Source: an archaeon (GTDB lineage: Archaea; Iainarchaeota; Iainarchaeia; Iainarchaeales; JAAZKV01). Taken from it: a stretch of DNA of 64,000 nucleotides. Below, in pieces: positions 29,268 to 39,336 of this stretch. Under the pieces are notes generated by a model. That model was given only the letters and a program-made list of their open reading frames with translations. It made no database searches and was not told the origin of the DNA. The translations under genes were made by a program, and so were the position numbers. Each line of letters opens with the position of its first letter. Position 1 is the stretch's first letter. The stretch spans positions 156,355-220,354 of the forward strand of contig JBAZUY010000001.1 in NCBI GenBank assembly GCA_041661245.1. Direction: 5' to 3'.

Positions 29268-30809
29268 TTATTTTCCAAAAACTTCTTTTCTCTTTAGAAC
29301 TTTTCTATACGCATTGGCAAACCTGTGCGCTTCATCCCTAATAGCTTGAAGCATTTGTAAGCCTTTATGTTTCTTATCAAGTTTAATTGGAAATTTTCTA
29401 TCAGGGCGATAAATTTCTTCAAATTGCTTTGCAAGCGAGATAATAGGAATATTAAGTTTGAGTTGTTGCAACACTTCACTTGCAACCCCTAATTGAGTTG
29501 GCCCCCCATCAATTACAATAAGATCCGGATTTCGCATTGTTTTTGATAATGATCCCGAATATCTTCTTTCCACAGCTTCCCGCATAGCCATTAAATCATC
29601 ATTATTAGTTTCTGCCCTAATTTTGAATTTTCTATACTCCGATTTATTTGGAAAACCATCTTTAAATGAAACCATTGAAGCAACAGTATTTGTTCCACTC
29701 AAGTGAGAGATATCAAAACACTCAATAACGTGAGGAACTTTTTCTAAGCCTAACGCTTTTTGAAGCTCTGTAATTCTCTCACTTCCTGCAAAAAAAGTTG
29801 CAGTAATGTTTTTTGAAACAAATTCAAGAAGTTCTTTCTTTTCTCCACTCTTTGGAACGATTACTTGCACTTTCCTTTTTTCTTTTTCACTTACTTTTTT
29901 TGTCAAGTATTCTTGGATAGTTGGATTCACTTCCACTGGAAGAATAATTTCTTGAGGAATGTTTGACTCGTCATAAAATTGCACCAAAAACTCTTCCAAA
30001 AAATCCTCTTTTTCAGGAAAAACAAATTCTTGTTTATCTTCGACAACCCCTTTTCTAACATTAAACAGCAAGAGATGAACTTCTCCGGCAGAGATGGTGT
30101 AATTAATTACGTGCGCATCAATGGTTTTTGTAAACTCCACTCTCTGACGTTCCTTTAATGTTTTAAGCGCAGCGATTTGGTTTCTTAGAGTAATAGCATA
30201 TTCAAAATTATTCTTTTCTGAATTTTCTTTCATATTTTTTTCGAGTTCTTCTATTAATTCATCCACATTCCCTTTGAGAATCTTTTTTACTTGATTCACT
30301 CGTTTATTGTACTCCTCTTTATTCATTAATTTTCTTAATTGGGGAGAAGGTTTTTGAGTGAGAACTTTAAAGTTTCGGCTCACAGTATCCATTATTACTT
30401 TTCTAATACTCCCACTCACAAACGGGCCAAAGTATTCTCCCTTTTCATTCCTAATTCTTGCAACTTCAAGCCAAGGCAATTCATCCCCGCTTACTCGAAT
30501 ATAAGCATATCTGCGCGAATCCTTCAAATCAAGATTAAAATGAGGATAATATTTTTTTATTAAATTATTTTCAAGCAATAATGCTTCAACTTCAGTTGAA
30601 ACTAAAACAAAATCAATCTTTTTTATTTTTGTTACTAATAGTTCTGTTTTTGGATCATGTTCTTTTTTTTGAAAATAGTTAGAGACTCTTTTCTTCAGGT
30701 CCTTGGCTTTTCCAACATAAAGCACAACATCATTCTCATCTTTGAAGAGGTAACACCCAGGAGAATTGGGCAAGAAACTAATTTCATTTGGAGAAATCAT
30801 ACAATTCAC
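29268..30809 (-). CDS. uvrC: Excinuclease ABC subunit C (no C-terminal HhH domain)
   Basis: GIY-YIG (PGCYLF, YVGKAKDL), IECFDISH, PDLIVIDGG, IRDEAHRFA. Confidence 0.95.
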   Translation of the reverse strand: MNCMISPNEISFLPNSPGCYLFKDENDVVLYVGKAKDLKKRVSNYFQKKEHDPKTELLVTKIKKIDFVLVSTEVEALLLENNLIKKYYPHFNLDLKDSRRYAYIRVSGDELPWLEVARIRNEKGEYFGPFVSGSIRKVIMDTVSRNFKVLTQKPSPQLRKLMNKEEYNKRVNQVKKILKGNVDELIEELEKNMKENSEKNNFEYAITLRNQIAALKTLKERQRVEFTKTIDAHVINYTISAGEVHLLLFNVRKGVVEDKQEFVFPEKEDFLEEFLVQFYDESNIPQEIILPVEVNPTIQEYLTKKVSEKEKRKVQVIVPKSGEKKELLEFVSKNITATFFAGSERITELQKALGLEKVPHVIECFDISHLSGTNTVASMVSFKDGFPNKSEYRKFKIRAETNNDDLMAMREAVERRYSGSLSKTMRNPDLIVIDGGPTQLGVASEVLQQLKLNIPIISLAKQFEEIYRPDRKFPIKLDKKHKGLQMLQAIRDEAHRFANAYRKVLKRKEVFGK

Positions 30810-30835
30810 TTATCCTTAAATCAAAAATTATGCCC

Positions 30836-31528
30836 TTATTCCTTACCTAAATCAGTAGTCCCCAAATAATCCCTTAATAAAACTGGAAGTAATTTACTTT
30901 CAGCTTTTCGCAAATGCTCCTGGTAAGCTCTTCTTTTCATTCTATTTTTTTTTGCAAGTGCATCCAGTGTTGCCCCTCTTGGCCAAGAATAATATTTTTC
31001 ATTAACTGCAAATCGTAATGCATCAGTTTGTTTTTCTGTCAAAAAATCTTTTTCCATTTCTGGGGCCACATCCCCAATTCTTGTTACTTTCAAGTCCCCT
31101 ATTTCATGAAGTTCTTTAAGGACACCTTTTAGACTTTTGAAATCAGTTGTAATAATTGAATGAACATCAACCCCCCCTTTCATTTCAGGAGGCTTAAATA
31201 ATAATGCGCCACTTGCAATTATTTCATCATAACTTGAAGTAGGAACTTTAACTTTAATCATTGCAAGAGTAGTATTTGCCTGACTCTTAAGCAACTCAAC
31301 ATCAACTACTGCGGAATGTTTCTTTAATTCTGAGAAAAAAGCACTCACTTGTTTTTTACTTTCCCCAGTAACATTAATCAACGCCAAATATCCATTTTTG
31401 CCAATACTCTTTCTTATGAATTTCATGGAAACAAGTTTCATTACAAGCCCAGGATAATTTTCTGTAACCTGACTAAAACAGTCATGGTGAAAAATACTCA
31501 AATCAAGAACCTTAACATCTGAATTCAT
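30836..31528 (-). CDS. Bacterio-opsin activator (Bat/HTH_10)-type regulator
   Basis: LTEKQ..AL..A....YYSWPR..TL..LA......AYQEHLRKAESK. Confidence 0.88.
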   Translation of the reverse strand: MNSDVKVLDLSIFHHDCFSQVTENYPGLVMKLVSMKFIRKSIGKNGYLALINVTGESKKQVSAFFSELKKHSAVVDVELLKSQANTTLAMIKVKVPTSSYDEIIASGALLFKPPEMKGGVDVHSIITTDFKSLKGVLKELHEIGDLKVTRIGDVAPEMEKDFLTEKQTDALRFAVNEKYYSWPRGATLDALAKKNRMKRRAYQEHLRKAESKLLPVLLRDYLGTTDLGKE

Positions 31529-31562
31529 ACTAAACTTGATTTTTGTAATTGTTTATAAAATA

Positions 31563-31576
31563 GTGACATACGTCAC
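31563..31576. promoter_or_regulatory. Palindromic operator candidate between Bat-type regulator and solute-binding protein gene
   Basis: GTGAC-ATAC-GTCAC. Confidence 0.5.
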
Positions 31577-31623
31577 CCACGGGGTAATATCCCTCCGACA
31601 GGGAAGGTTACTTGTGGTGATTT

Positions 31624-32769
31624 ATGAATAAAAAAATAGTAATCGGAGTAATAATAATTTTAGCAATAGTATTAGTAGAAGGGGCAGTAGCAATTAATTT
31701 CTCTTCAAGTACTGGACTTTTTGCCTTGCCCGCAGAAAAAGAAATCTTAATTGGAGTAATACAGCCATTAACAGGAAATGCAGCAAACTTTGGACAAAGC
31801 GGGAAAGCTGCGCTTCTTCTTGCACAAGAGGAAATTAATTCTAATGGAGGAATCAATGGAAATAAAATAAAATTAATTTTTGAAGACTCGCACTGTAGTT
31901 CTGAAGCAGCTACTACTGCTGCACAAAAATTAATTGAAGTAGACAGGGTAAGCGCAATTATTGGGGGAAATTGTTCCTCAGAAACTCTTGCAATTGCGCC
32001 TATTGCGGAGAAAGCAAAAGTGCTTGTTTTGTCAAACGGTTCTTCAAGCCCTGCAATAAGTGATTCAGGAGATTATATTTTCCGAGACTATCCATCAGAC
32101 AGTGTTTCTGGAAAAATAGCTGCAGAATATGCATACAATGTTCTTGGAGCTAGAAGCGCAGCAATTCTTTACTGGCAATCAAATTGGCCAATGGGAATAA
32201 AAAAAGTGTTTAAGGAAACATTTGAAAACCTTGGAGGAAAAGTTATTTTGGAAGATTCATTTTCTACCGGAAGCATAGATATGAAAACCCAATTAACAAA
32301 AATTAAGAATTCAAAAGTAGACGTGGTTTACTTTCTCGCAATGACTACTGAATCATTAACCGGAGTACAACAAGCCAAACAAATTGGTTTAGAAACACAA
32401 ATGATTGGGGGAGAACCTTGGGATGACCAAGCATTGTGGGACTCTGCAAAAGATGCCGGAGAGGGAAAAATATTTGTTGCTCCAAAAGCAAGTGAAAATG
32501 AATGGTTCATTAACGAACTAACCAAACAAAACACTCAAAACATTCCTGGTGCGGCACAAGCATATGATGCACTAAAAATAATTGCTAACGCAATTACAAA
32601 GTGCGGAACTAACGGAACATGTGAAAAGGACTACCTTTACGCAATGCCAGAATACAATGGAATAAGTGGGAAAATACAATTCGATTCAAAAGGAGATTTG
32701 AAAAATCCTCTATTCACAATAAAGAAAATAGAAAATGGAAAAATAATAGAAGTGGCTGACGCAAGTTAG
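31624..32769 (+). CDS. Branched-chain amino acid-type ABC substrate-binding protein (LivJ/K-like)
   Basis: IGVIQPLTG, EINSNGGING, FEDS, GGNCSS, DYIFR, QAYDA. Confidence 0.9.
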   Translation: MNKKIVIGVIIILAIVLVEGAVAINFSSSTGLFALPAEKEILIGVIQPLTGNAANFGQSGKAALLLAQEEINSNGGINGNKIKLIFEDSHCSSEAATTAAQKLIEVDRVSAIIGGNCSSETLAIAPIAEKAKVLVLSNGSSSPAISDSGDYIFRDYPSDSVSGKIAAEYAYNVLGARSAAILYWQSNWPMGIKKVFKETFENLGGKVILEDSFSTGSIDMKTQLTKIKNSKVDVVYFLAMTTESLTGVQQAKQIGLETQMIGGEPWDDQALWDSAKDAGEGKIFVAPKASENEWFINELTKQNTQNIPGAAQAYDALKIIANAITKCGTNGTCEKDYLYAMPEYNGISGKIQFDSKGDLKNPLFTIKKIENGKIIEVADAS

Positions 32770-32777
32770 CCATTTTT
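32753..32777 (+). terminator. Hairpin plus T-tract terminator
   Basis: TGGCTGAC-GCAA-GTTAGCCA-TTTTT overlapping the stop codon. Confidence 0.6.
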
Positions 32778-32795
32778 ATTTATTTGAATTCAAAA

Positions 32796-33632
32796 CTATT
32801 TTTTGTTTTCTAATTTTTTCTTTTCTGTTAGGTGCAAATAGTTTTGATTAGTTATTGTACTTTTTCCTGTTTCGGTTTCAATTTCTTTTCTTGTATTGTG
32901 AGCGATTTCTCCCCCTCTTTTCGCTGAACTTTTTAATTCAGGCAATTCTTTTGCATCTCTTGCTTTCGTAATATCGGTTGTTGCTTTTTCTCCAACCATT
33001 GTGAAAATCAATTCCCAATCATTCATGTGATCTCGCAAGTTCTGGTTTTTCTTGGGCACGCTTTTGAATTCTTTGTATTCTTGCACTGTTTTTCCGAATG
33101 TTGCTTTAGTTATTTCGTTTGTTAAAATAGCAAAATCTGTTTCTTGTTTTACTCCTCTTTCTTTCCATTCATCAGTTAACTCTTGCCTTATCGCCATTCC
33201 CCTTAGTCGTTTATCTATCCACTCTTTTGGATAACCTTTGAGTTCATAGTATCCTTTTGCCCTGTTTTGGGCTAGTTCGGGGTTTTCTATTTCTTGTATT
33301 CTTTCATACCCTGTTTTTGCTAGCCATAATTTGAAAGGTTCAGCTTTTGGCGAAGGAATTGATTGGATTATTCTAAATGCACCTTCAGTATTAGCGCAAT
33401 TCATTTGTTGTTTGCCCCCAGCAGTATCAATCGGAAGGGTATGTACAAGTTGTACCCACCCTTTGCTAAGCTCTTCATCTCTTTCACGCATTCTGTTAAT
33501 ATACTGTTTGACATCAGTAGAATCAGTTAATGCAAAGACAATGTCTTCAAGCACAAACCACCATTCTTCCTTGTGCCAAGTTTTTCGTATTTTTTTTCCT
33601 TCAAAAACCGCTAAAGCATTTTCTTGATTCAT
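32796..33632 (-). CDS. Bro-N domain protein (phage antirepressor-like)
   Basis: FEGKKIRKTW..EEWWF, RIIQSIPSPKAEPFKLWLA, LRDHMN; start set at ATG 33632. Confidence 0.88.
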   Translation of the reverse strand: MNQENALAVFEGKKIRKTWHKEEWWFVLEDIVFALTDSTDVKQYINRMRERDEELSKGWVQLVHTLPIDTAGGKQQMNCANTEGAFRIIQSIPSPKAEPFKLWLAKTGYERIQEIENPELAQNRAKGYYELKGYPKEWIDKRLRGMAIRQELTDEWKERGVKQETDFAILTNEITKATFGKTVQEYKEFKSVPKKNQNLRDHMNDWELIFTMVGEKATTDITKARDAKELPELKSSAKRGGEIAHNTRKEIETETGKSTITNQNYLHLTEKKKLENKK

Positions 33633-33664
33633 TAAGTTCACTAATAACAACGCTAGTTAAAGAG

Positions 33665-33695
33665 TATAAAAACATTTGTGGAGTGCTTTGCCGGT
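33665..33695 (-). promoter_or_regulatory. CCGGCAAA box plus TATA of Bro-N gene
   Basis: Minus strand ACCGGCAAAGCACTCCACAAATGTTTTTATA. Confidence 0.7.
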
Positions 33696-33716
33696 GGTCG
33701 TAACCAATTTTTTATT

Positions 33717-34421
33717 TTAAGGTTTGGCAATCTTCCAAAGTAACCCAAAGTGTTTTCTAAACATGGAAGCAACTAGTTCTGAGCGGATTACTATCGCAAC
33801 CAGATTTGGTTCCCAAATATTGATGTTCACAGTATTCCCGTAAATGAATGTAGCAACTGGACCAGAAAATTCCTCCGAAACATACCGCAGTTCAGTAAAG
33901 TAGACAGGATTATTTCCTTTTTTAGTATAAATCCCATAATATGGAATTTTTTTGCTTTTCATTTCTCTTATCCATTTCTCTCCAAAAAGAGGCAATTTTT
34001 CTCTTAACTGCCCTTTAACCCCATATGCATAAATTGGTCTCCCAACTTGAATCATTTCTCTCCAGGCTGATTTCATTCCCTCAGGGCCTTTGTAAACTTC
34101 AACCAGTATTTCGCTCTTTTGAGATTTGAACAGATCCTGAAGTTCCGGCAAAAAAGTTCCCAATAACTCTTCTTTCTCTTTAATGAATGCATACAAATTA
34201 TTCGGATCAGATGCATGATACCGCGTAGTTTTTCCTTCCTTAAATATTGTCACAAGACCTTTTTCTCTCAACTGCTCAAGCACATCGTATATATTTGTTC
34301 TGTGAAATCCACATTCTTTTGAGATTTCCCTAGCAGTGCAATCATTTAGTTTCAGCACAGCATAGTACACCAAAGCCTCGGCTTTAGTTAATCCTAACTC
34401 CACTAATTTTTCTACACCCAT
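33717..34421 (-). CDS. TrmB-family transcriptional regulator
   Basis: LGLTKAEALVY...RTNIYDVLEQLREKGLV; VEVYKGPEG. Confidence 0.88.
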   Translation of the reverse strand: MGVEKLVELGLTKAEALVYYAVLKLNDCTAREISKECGFHRTNIYDVLEQLREKGLVTIFKEGKTTRYHASDPNNLYAFIKEKEELLGTFLPELQDLFKSQKSEILVEVYKGPEGMKSAWREMIQVGRPIYAYGVKGQLREKLPLFGEKWIREMKSKKIPYYGIYTKKGNNPVYFTELRYVSEEFSGPVATFIYGNTVNINIWEPNLVAIVIRSELVASMFRKHFGLLWKIAKP

Positions 34422-34453
34422 GACAAATTAATGCTGGCCCCTATTTTTAAAGT

Positions 34454-34469
34454 TGTCTATTATTAGACA
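34454..34469. promoter_or_regulatory. Palindromic operator candidate between TrmB gene and methyltransferase
   Basis: TGTCTA-TTAT-TAGACA. Confidence 0.55.
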
Positions 34470-34498
34470 CACCTTGGATATATACCTCCTCTGCAGGA

Positions 34499-35359
34499 GT
34501 GTATATGGTGATGCCTCAAATGAACGCTAAATCAAAAACAATTCAGGACGGATACAAGATACGAAATGTTAGATATGAAGAAATCCATAATGTTCCCCAG
34601 GATTTTTTTGATACAATTGTAAAAGGGTTGAGTATAAAAAATGGGGACAATATAGGCGACCTTATGTCAGGGTATGGAGCAATTAGTAGAGAAGTATTAA
34701 AGTACGCTGAAAAAAACAAAAAGCGCATTGAACTATGGTTGCTAGATAACCATCTTGAACAACTCGACAGATCCCATGAGGAACTAGCGCATTGGGAACA
34801 CCCATCAAATTTACAACAATTGAAAATCCATCGAATCCATTCAGATGCGCGGTTTTCAAATGTACTCAAGGAAAATTCACTTGACCATGCAGTAATGAAA
34901 ATGGGGCTACACGAAATACCTCAATGCGATCAACAAGGCGCAGTGGATAATGCGTATAACTGGCTAAAAAATGGCGGAACATTAATGATTTGGGATCGAA
35001 TGGCAAGAAAGAAAGAAGACCAAGAATTATTTTCCAAAATAATTTCTGAAAAAGACCGCTTGGCAGGATTTGATAGTTTTGTAAAAAACAGGTATTTCTT
35101 TAGACTCGACGAAGGAATAGAATATATGAAAAAATCCGGATTTAAAGAAGTCAAGGTGTTCAAGGAGATATACTTGAACTTCACAAGCAAAGTTAGATTA
35201 CATACAGAATTTGGAGGAAACGAGAACACTCTCAAAAGCTGGAACGAATTTATTCGAGCAAGTGTTCCAGAAGCTATGAAAAAAAGATTAAAGTATCAGG
35301 ATAACGGAGATGACATAAAAATGGTTTTTGCAAAAGCAATAATTTGCGGAAAAAAATAG
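34499..35359 (+). CDS. Class I SAM-dependent methyltransferase
   Basis: GDLMSGYG motif I, SDAR, MKMGLHEI, LKNGG. Confidence 0.8.
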   Translation: MYMVMPQMNAKSKTIQDGYKIRNVRYEEIHNVPQDFFDTIVKGLSIKNGDNIGDLMSGYGAISREVLKYAEKNKKRIELWLLDNHLEQLDRSHEELAHWEHPSNLQQLKIHRIHSDARFSNVLKENSLDHAVMKMGLHEIPQCDQQGAVDNAYNWLKNGGTLMIWDRMARKKEDQELFSKIISEKDRLAGFDSFVKNRYFFRLDEGIEYMKKSGFKEVKVFKEIYLNFTSKVRLHTEFGGNENTLKSWNEFIRASVPEAMKKRLKYQDNGDDIKMVFAKAIICGKK

Positions 35360-35371
35360 ACCAAGAATCGC

Positions 35372-38179
35372 CTAGTGCCCTTTCTTCAAAACAGGCGCAA
35401 GGAATTTTCCAGTATAACTTTCTTTTACTTTTGCAATACTTTCAGGAGTTCCTGTTGCAATTATTTTTCCTCCGCCCTCTCCCCCTTCAGGGCCAAGATC
35501 AATTAAGTAATCTGCGCATTTAATTACTTCCAAGTTGTGTTCAATAACAACAACTGTATTTCCTTTGTCTACTAAAACTTGTAAAACATCAAGGAGTTTT
35601 TTAATATCGTGGAAGTGAAGTCCTGTTGTAGGTTCGTCCAACAAATAGAGGGTTGAACCTGTTCCTCTTTTTGCAAGTTCTTTTGTAAGTTTAATTCTTT
35701 GTGCTTCTCCCCCAGAAAGAGTAGTTGCGCTTTGACCAAGTTTTATGTATCCTAGTCCAACTGAATTTAGTACCCCAAGTTTTGTTCTAATATGCGGAAT
35801 TGCTTCAAATAATTTAGTTGCTTCTTCAACACTCATGTTTAATACATCAGAAATATTTTTTCCATTAAACGTAACAGTAAGTGTTTCATCATTGTATCTT
35901 TTTCCTTTACACTCTTCACACTCTACGTAAACATCAGGCAAAAAGTTCATTTCAATTTTTATTGTTCCATCACCCTGACACTTTTCACATCTTCCGCCAG
36001 GCAAATTAAAAGAAAATCTTCCCTGATCATATCCTCTCATTTTTGCTTCCTTTGTTTGTGCAAATAGCGCACGTATTTCATCAAATACTTTAATGTAAGT
36101 GGCTGGATTTGATCTTGGAGTTCTGCCAATTGGAGACTGATCAATTACAACAACTTTGTCAATCTTTCCATCAACTTGAATACTCTCGTGCTTTCCTGGA
36201 TTAATATTTGCAGTTGAGAGGCCTAGTTTTTTTATTAATCCTTTTTGAATAATTTCTTCTAACAAAGTAGATTTTCCTGAACCACTAACCCCAGTTAAAC
36301 AAGCAAATATTCCCAGCGGGAGTTCTACATCAATATTTTTGAGATTGTGTTCACTACAACCCTTGAAAGTAATACTTCCTTCTCCTTTCCTTCTCACTAG
36401 CGGGATTGGAATACTCATTTTTCCTGATAAGTATTGCCCTGTAATTGATTTTGGATTCTTTTCGATTTCAGTAGGAGTCCCTTCGGCAATTACTTCCCCA
36501 CCATGAATTCCAGCACCAGGCCCCATATCAACAACATAATCTGCTTTTCTAATTGTATCCTCGTCATGCTCAACAACAATCAAAGTATTTCCAATATCTC
36601 GAAGTCTGTGTAACGTTTCAATTAATTTATTATTATCTCTTTGGTGAAGTCCAATTGAAGGTTCATCAAGAATGTAAAGTACTCCCATTAAGTTAGAACC
36701 AATTTGTGTTGCAAGTCTAATTCTTTGAGCTTCTCCTCCAGAAAGAGTGCCCGCTTGTCTTGAAACAGTTAAGTAACCCAACCCCACATCATTAAGGAAT
36801 TTTAATCTTGAAATTATTTCTTTTAAAATTAATTTTGCAATTTCTCTTTCTTTGTCCGTGAGAGAAATATTTTCAAAGAACTCAAGTGCTTTTGTAACTG
36901 AAAGATCAGTAAGATCCACAATAGATTTATTGGTTATTGTTACAGCCAAAACTTTATCCTTTAGTCTTTTTCCATGGCAAGTTGGGCACTCTCTTGATTT
37001 CATGTACTTTTGCAATTCTTCTCTTCGATACTCAGATTCGGTTTGTTTGTAAAGTCTATCCGATTGAGGGATTAATCCTTCCCAACCATCAGCAAAATTC
37101 ATGTTAGCTCCCGTATCCCAATGCCCCTTAATCGGAGTAGAATCTCCATTCATTAACACATCAAATTGTTTTTTTGTAAATTTTTCAATCGGAGTAAATA
37201 AATCAAAGCCATGAACTTTTCCAACTGCCTGAAGTTGTTGTGACCTCCAAGAGAGATCCATTTTTCCGTAGATATCAATAGCCCCATCGATAATACTTAG
37301 TGATTTATCAGGAACAATTAAGTCACTATCAAATTCTATTTTTACGCCCAATCCTTTACATTCCTCACAAGCACCAAAGGGAGAATTAAATGAAAACATT
37401 CTAGGTTGAAGCTCTTCAAAACTCATTCCACAAACAGGACACATTAATGCACTCGAATACAGGTGTTCTTTTTCTTTTGAATCAAGAACAATAACAATTC
37501 CGCTTCCACGCTTAAGAGCACTTTCCACTGATTCAACTAATCTTGTTTTTTCTTTTGCATTAATTCTATCAACCACTGCTTCAATATCGTGCATTTGATA
37601 TTTTGAAAGAGTAACTTTTTCATCACTTCGCATTATTGCCTTATCCACTCTAACTTTTGCATAACCTTCTTTTCCCAAATCCAAAACTAATTGTTCATAC
37701 GTTCCTTTTTTTTGTCTAATAATTGGAGCAAGAATTGTCAAGTCCCCGTGGAGTTGCTCGCGAATTCTTTTTGCAATTTGCTGTGGAGTTTGTGATTCAA
37801 TTTTTACGTGATGAATTGGACAATGCGGAATCCCAACCCTTGCATAAAGCAGTCTCAAATAATCATAAATCTCAGTAACCGTCCCAACAGTGGACCGCGG
37901 ATTATTTGAAGTAGATTTTTGTTCAATTGAAATTGCAGGAGATAAACCCTCAATTGAATCAACATCAGGTTTGTTCATTAAACCAATAAATTGCCTAGCA
38001 TAAGCACTCAAAGATTCCACATATCTTCTTTGCCCTTCAGCATAAATAGTATCAAAAGCCAAAGTTGATTTTCCCGAACCTGAGAGCCCAGTTATCACTA
38101 TGAATTTATCTCTCGGCAGTGAGATTGTAACATTCTTCAAATTGTGTTCCCTTGCTCCGCGAACAATAATATCCTTCAT
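35372..38179 (-). CDS. uvrA: Excinuclease ABC subunit A
   Basis: GAREHNLKN, two ABC ATPase modules, zinc-binding CxxC pairs, LSGGEAQRI twice. Confidence 0.97.
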   Translation of the reverse strand: MKDIIVRGAREHNLKNVTISLPRDKFIVITGLSGSGKSTLAFDTIYAEGQRRYVESLSAYARQFIGLMNKPDVDSIEGLSPAISIEQKSTSNNPRSTVGTVTEIYDYLRLLYARVGIPHCPIHHVKIESQTPQQIAKRIREQLHGDLTILAPIIRQKKGTYEQLVLDLGKEGYAKVRVDKAIMRSDEKVTLSKYQMHDIEAVVDRINAKEKTRLVESVESALKRGSGIVIVLDSKEKEHLYSSALMCPVCGMSFEELQPRMFSFNSPFGACEECKGLGVKIEFDSDLIVPDKSLSIIDGAIDIYGKMDLSWRSQQLQAVGKVHGFDLFTPIEKFTKKQFDVLMNGDSTPIKGHWDTGANMNFADGWEGLIPQSDRLYKQTESEYRREELQKYMKSRECPTCHGKRLKDKVLAVTITNKSIVDLTDLSVTKALEFFENISLTDKEREIAKLILKEIISRLKFLNDVGLGYLTVSRQAGTLSGGEAQRIRLATQIGSNLMGVLYILDEPSIGLHQRDNNKLIETLHRLRDIGNTLIVVEHDEDTIRKADYVVDMGPGAGIHGGEVIAEGTPTEIEKNPKSITGQYLSGKMSIPIPLVRRKGEGSITFKGCSEHNLKNIDVELPLGIFACLTGVSGSGKSTLLEEIIQKGLIKKLGLSTANINPGKHESIQVDGKIDKVVVIDQSPIGRTPRSNPATYIKVFDEIRALFAQTKEAKMRGYDQGRFSFNLPGGRCEKCQGDGTIKIEMNFLPDVYVECEECKGKRYNDETLTVTFNGKNISDVLNMSVEEATKLFEAIPHIRTKLGVLNSVGLGYIKLGQSATTLSGGEAQRIKLTKELAKRGTGSTLYLLDEPTTGLHFHDIKKLLDVLQVLVDKGNTVVVIEHNLEVIKCADYLIDLGPEGGEGGGKIIATGTPESIAKVKESYTGKFLAPVLKKGH

Positions 38180-38232
38180 ACCAAAACCACAAAACAGTGA
38201 CTTACTCGATTAGAAAGTACTTAATGCAATAG

Positions 38233-38262
38233 TTAATAAATAATTGGAGAGGAGTTTGCCGG
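38233..38262 (-). promoter_or_regulatory. CCGGCAAA box plus TATA of uvrA
   Basis: Minus strand CCGGCAAACTCCTCTCCAATTATTTATTAA. Confidence 0.7.
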
Positions 38263-38314
38263 AACAAAAATAGTAAGCAAAAAGAATTTAATACTCCCAA
38301 AGCATTAGATTAGT

Positions 38315-39292
38315 ATGTTTAAACCTAAACGAGCATCTATTCCAAGACTACTTTCAAGACAAATTACTGCTGGAAACAAGTTAGGCACAACAGGAGTTAA
38401 AGCTGGCACCGCCATTTGGGCAGGGGGAAGCGCTCTACTTTTGCAGCAAGCACACACTGCAAGTCAAAGTAACTTGCTCCCAGGAATTGGATTAATTGGA
38501 GCAATGGGCGGACGCGCACTAATGAAAGCATCAAGCAAAATGGAAACCGAGTTAAAAGAAAAAAACCTGCTTAAATTAATTGGAAAAAGAAGACTGGCGT
38601 TTGAAGTATCTCAAAAAACTAACGACCCACAAATGAGGTTATTCACCCTCCTAATAGCAAGCGCAAAAACACAATCAGAAAGAGAAATTCTAAAAAGAAT
38701 TATTTCTGGCGAAAGAACAACAGCCCTGGCCCCCGAATTAACAATCCTTGCAAGAAGAGTAATTAAACTAGAAAACTCACAACTAACAAAAGGATTCCAC
38801 AAAGAAATCAGATCAATACGCGGGATACCCCTAAAAAAACTTGATTTCCTAGCAAAAAAAATAATAGCTGAACTACAAGGAAATAAATTTAAAACACAAC
38901 AGGACTTCCAACAAAGAGTTCAAGAATACATTAACCCCTATGCACTATCGACCACAATGGATCGATTTGAAATAACAAATCCTTCATTTGGAAAATCATT
39001 TTTAAAACTCCAAAAAGCCCAATTTATCCGAACTATTCAACGAACAACAATAGCTAATCAGCGTACATTAAACGAATTGGCCCAAGACCCAATTTTACGC
39101 CAAATCAAAGAAGATATAACTCAATTAACGATAGACCAATTAGGTTCAGAAAAAAGAGCAAAGGAATTTTTAGATCACCATTCAAAGGTAACAACTCAAC
39201 TTGTAAGATACATTGAAGAAGAAGTCCATGTTGCAACACGTGTAGAAACAGCCAAAAGAATAATATTGGATCTGCGTTTATTAAAACTATAA
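38315..39292 (+). CDS. Basic helical hypothetical protein
   Basis: 325 aa ORF; basic N-terminus then Gly/Ala-rich hydrophobic stretch. Confidence 0.6.
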   Translation: MFKPKRASIPRLLSRQITAGNKLGTTGVKAGTAIWAGGSALLLQQAHTASQSNLLPGIGLIGAMGGRALMKASSKMETELKEKNLLKLIGKRRLAFEVSQKTNDPQMRLFTLLIASAKTQSEREILKRIISGERTTALAPELTILARRVIKLENSQLTKGFHKEIRSIRGIPLKKLDFLAKKIIAELQGNKFKTQQDFQQRVQEYINPYALSTTMDRFEITNPSFGKSFLKLQKAQFIRTIQRTTIANQRTLNELAQDPILRQIKEDITQLTIDQLGSEKRAKEFLDHHSKVTTQLVRYIEEEVHVATRVETAKRIILDLRLLKL

Positions 39293-39336
39293 TTAACAAA
39301 ATAGCGGTAGTGAATGTTAAAAATAGTCTAATTTAA

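Noticed and set aside
32796..33632. Provirus marked by the Bro-N gene
   Set aside because: No integrase, capsid, terminase or att sites nearby.
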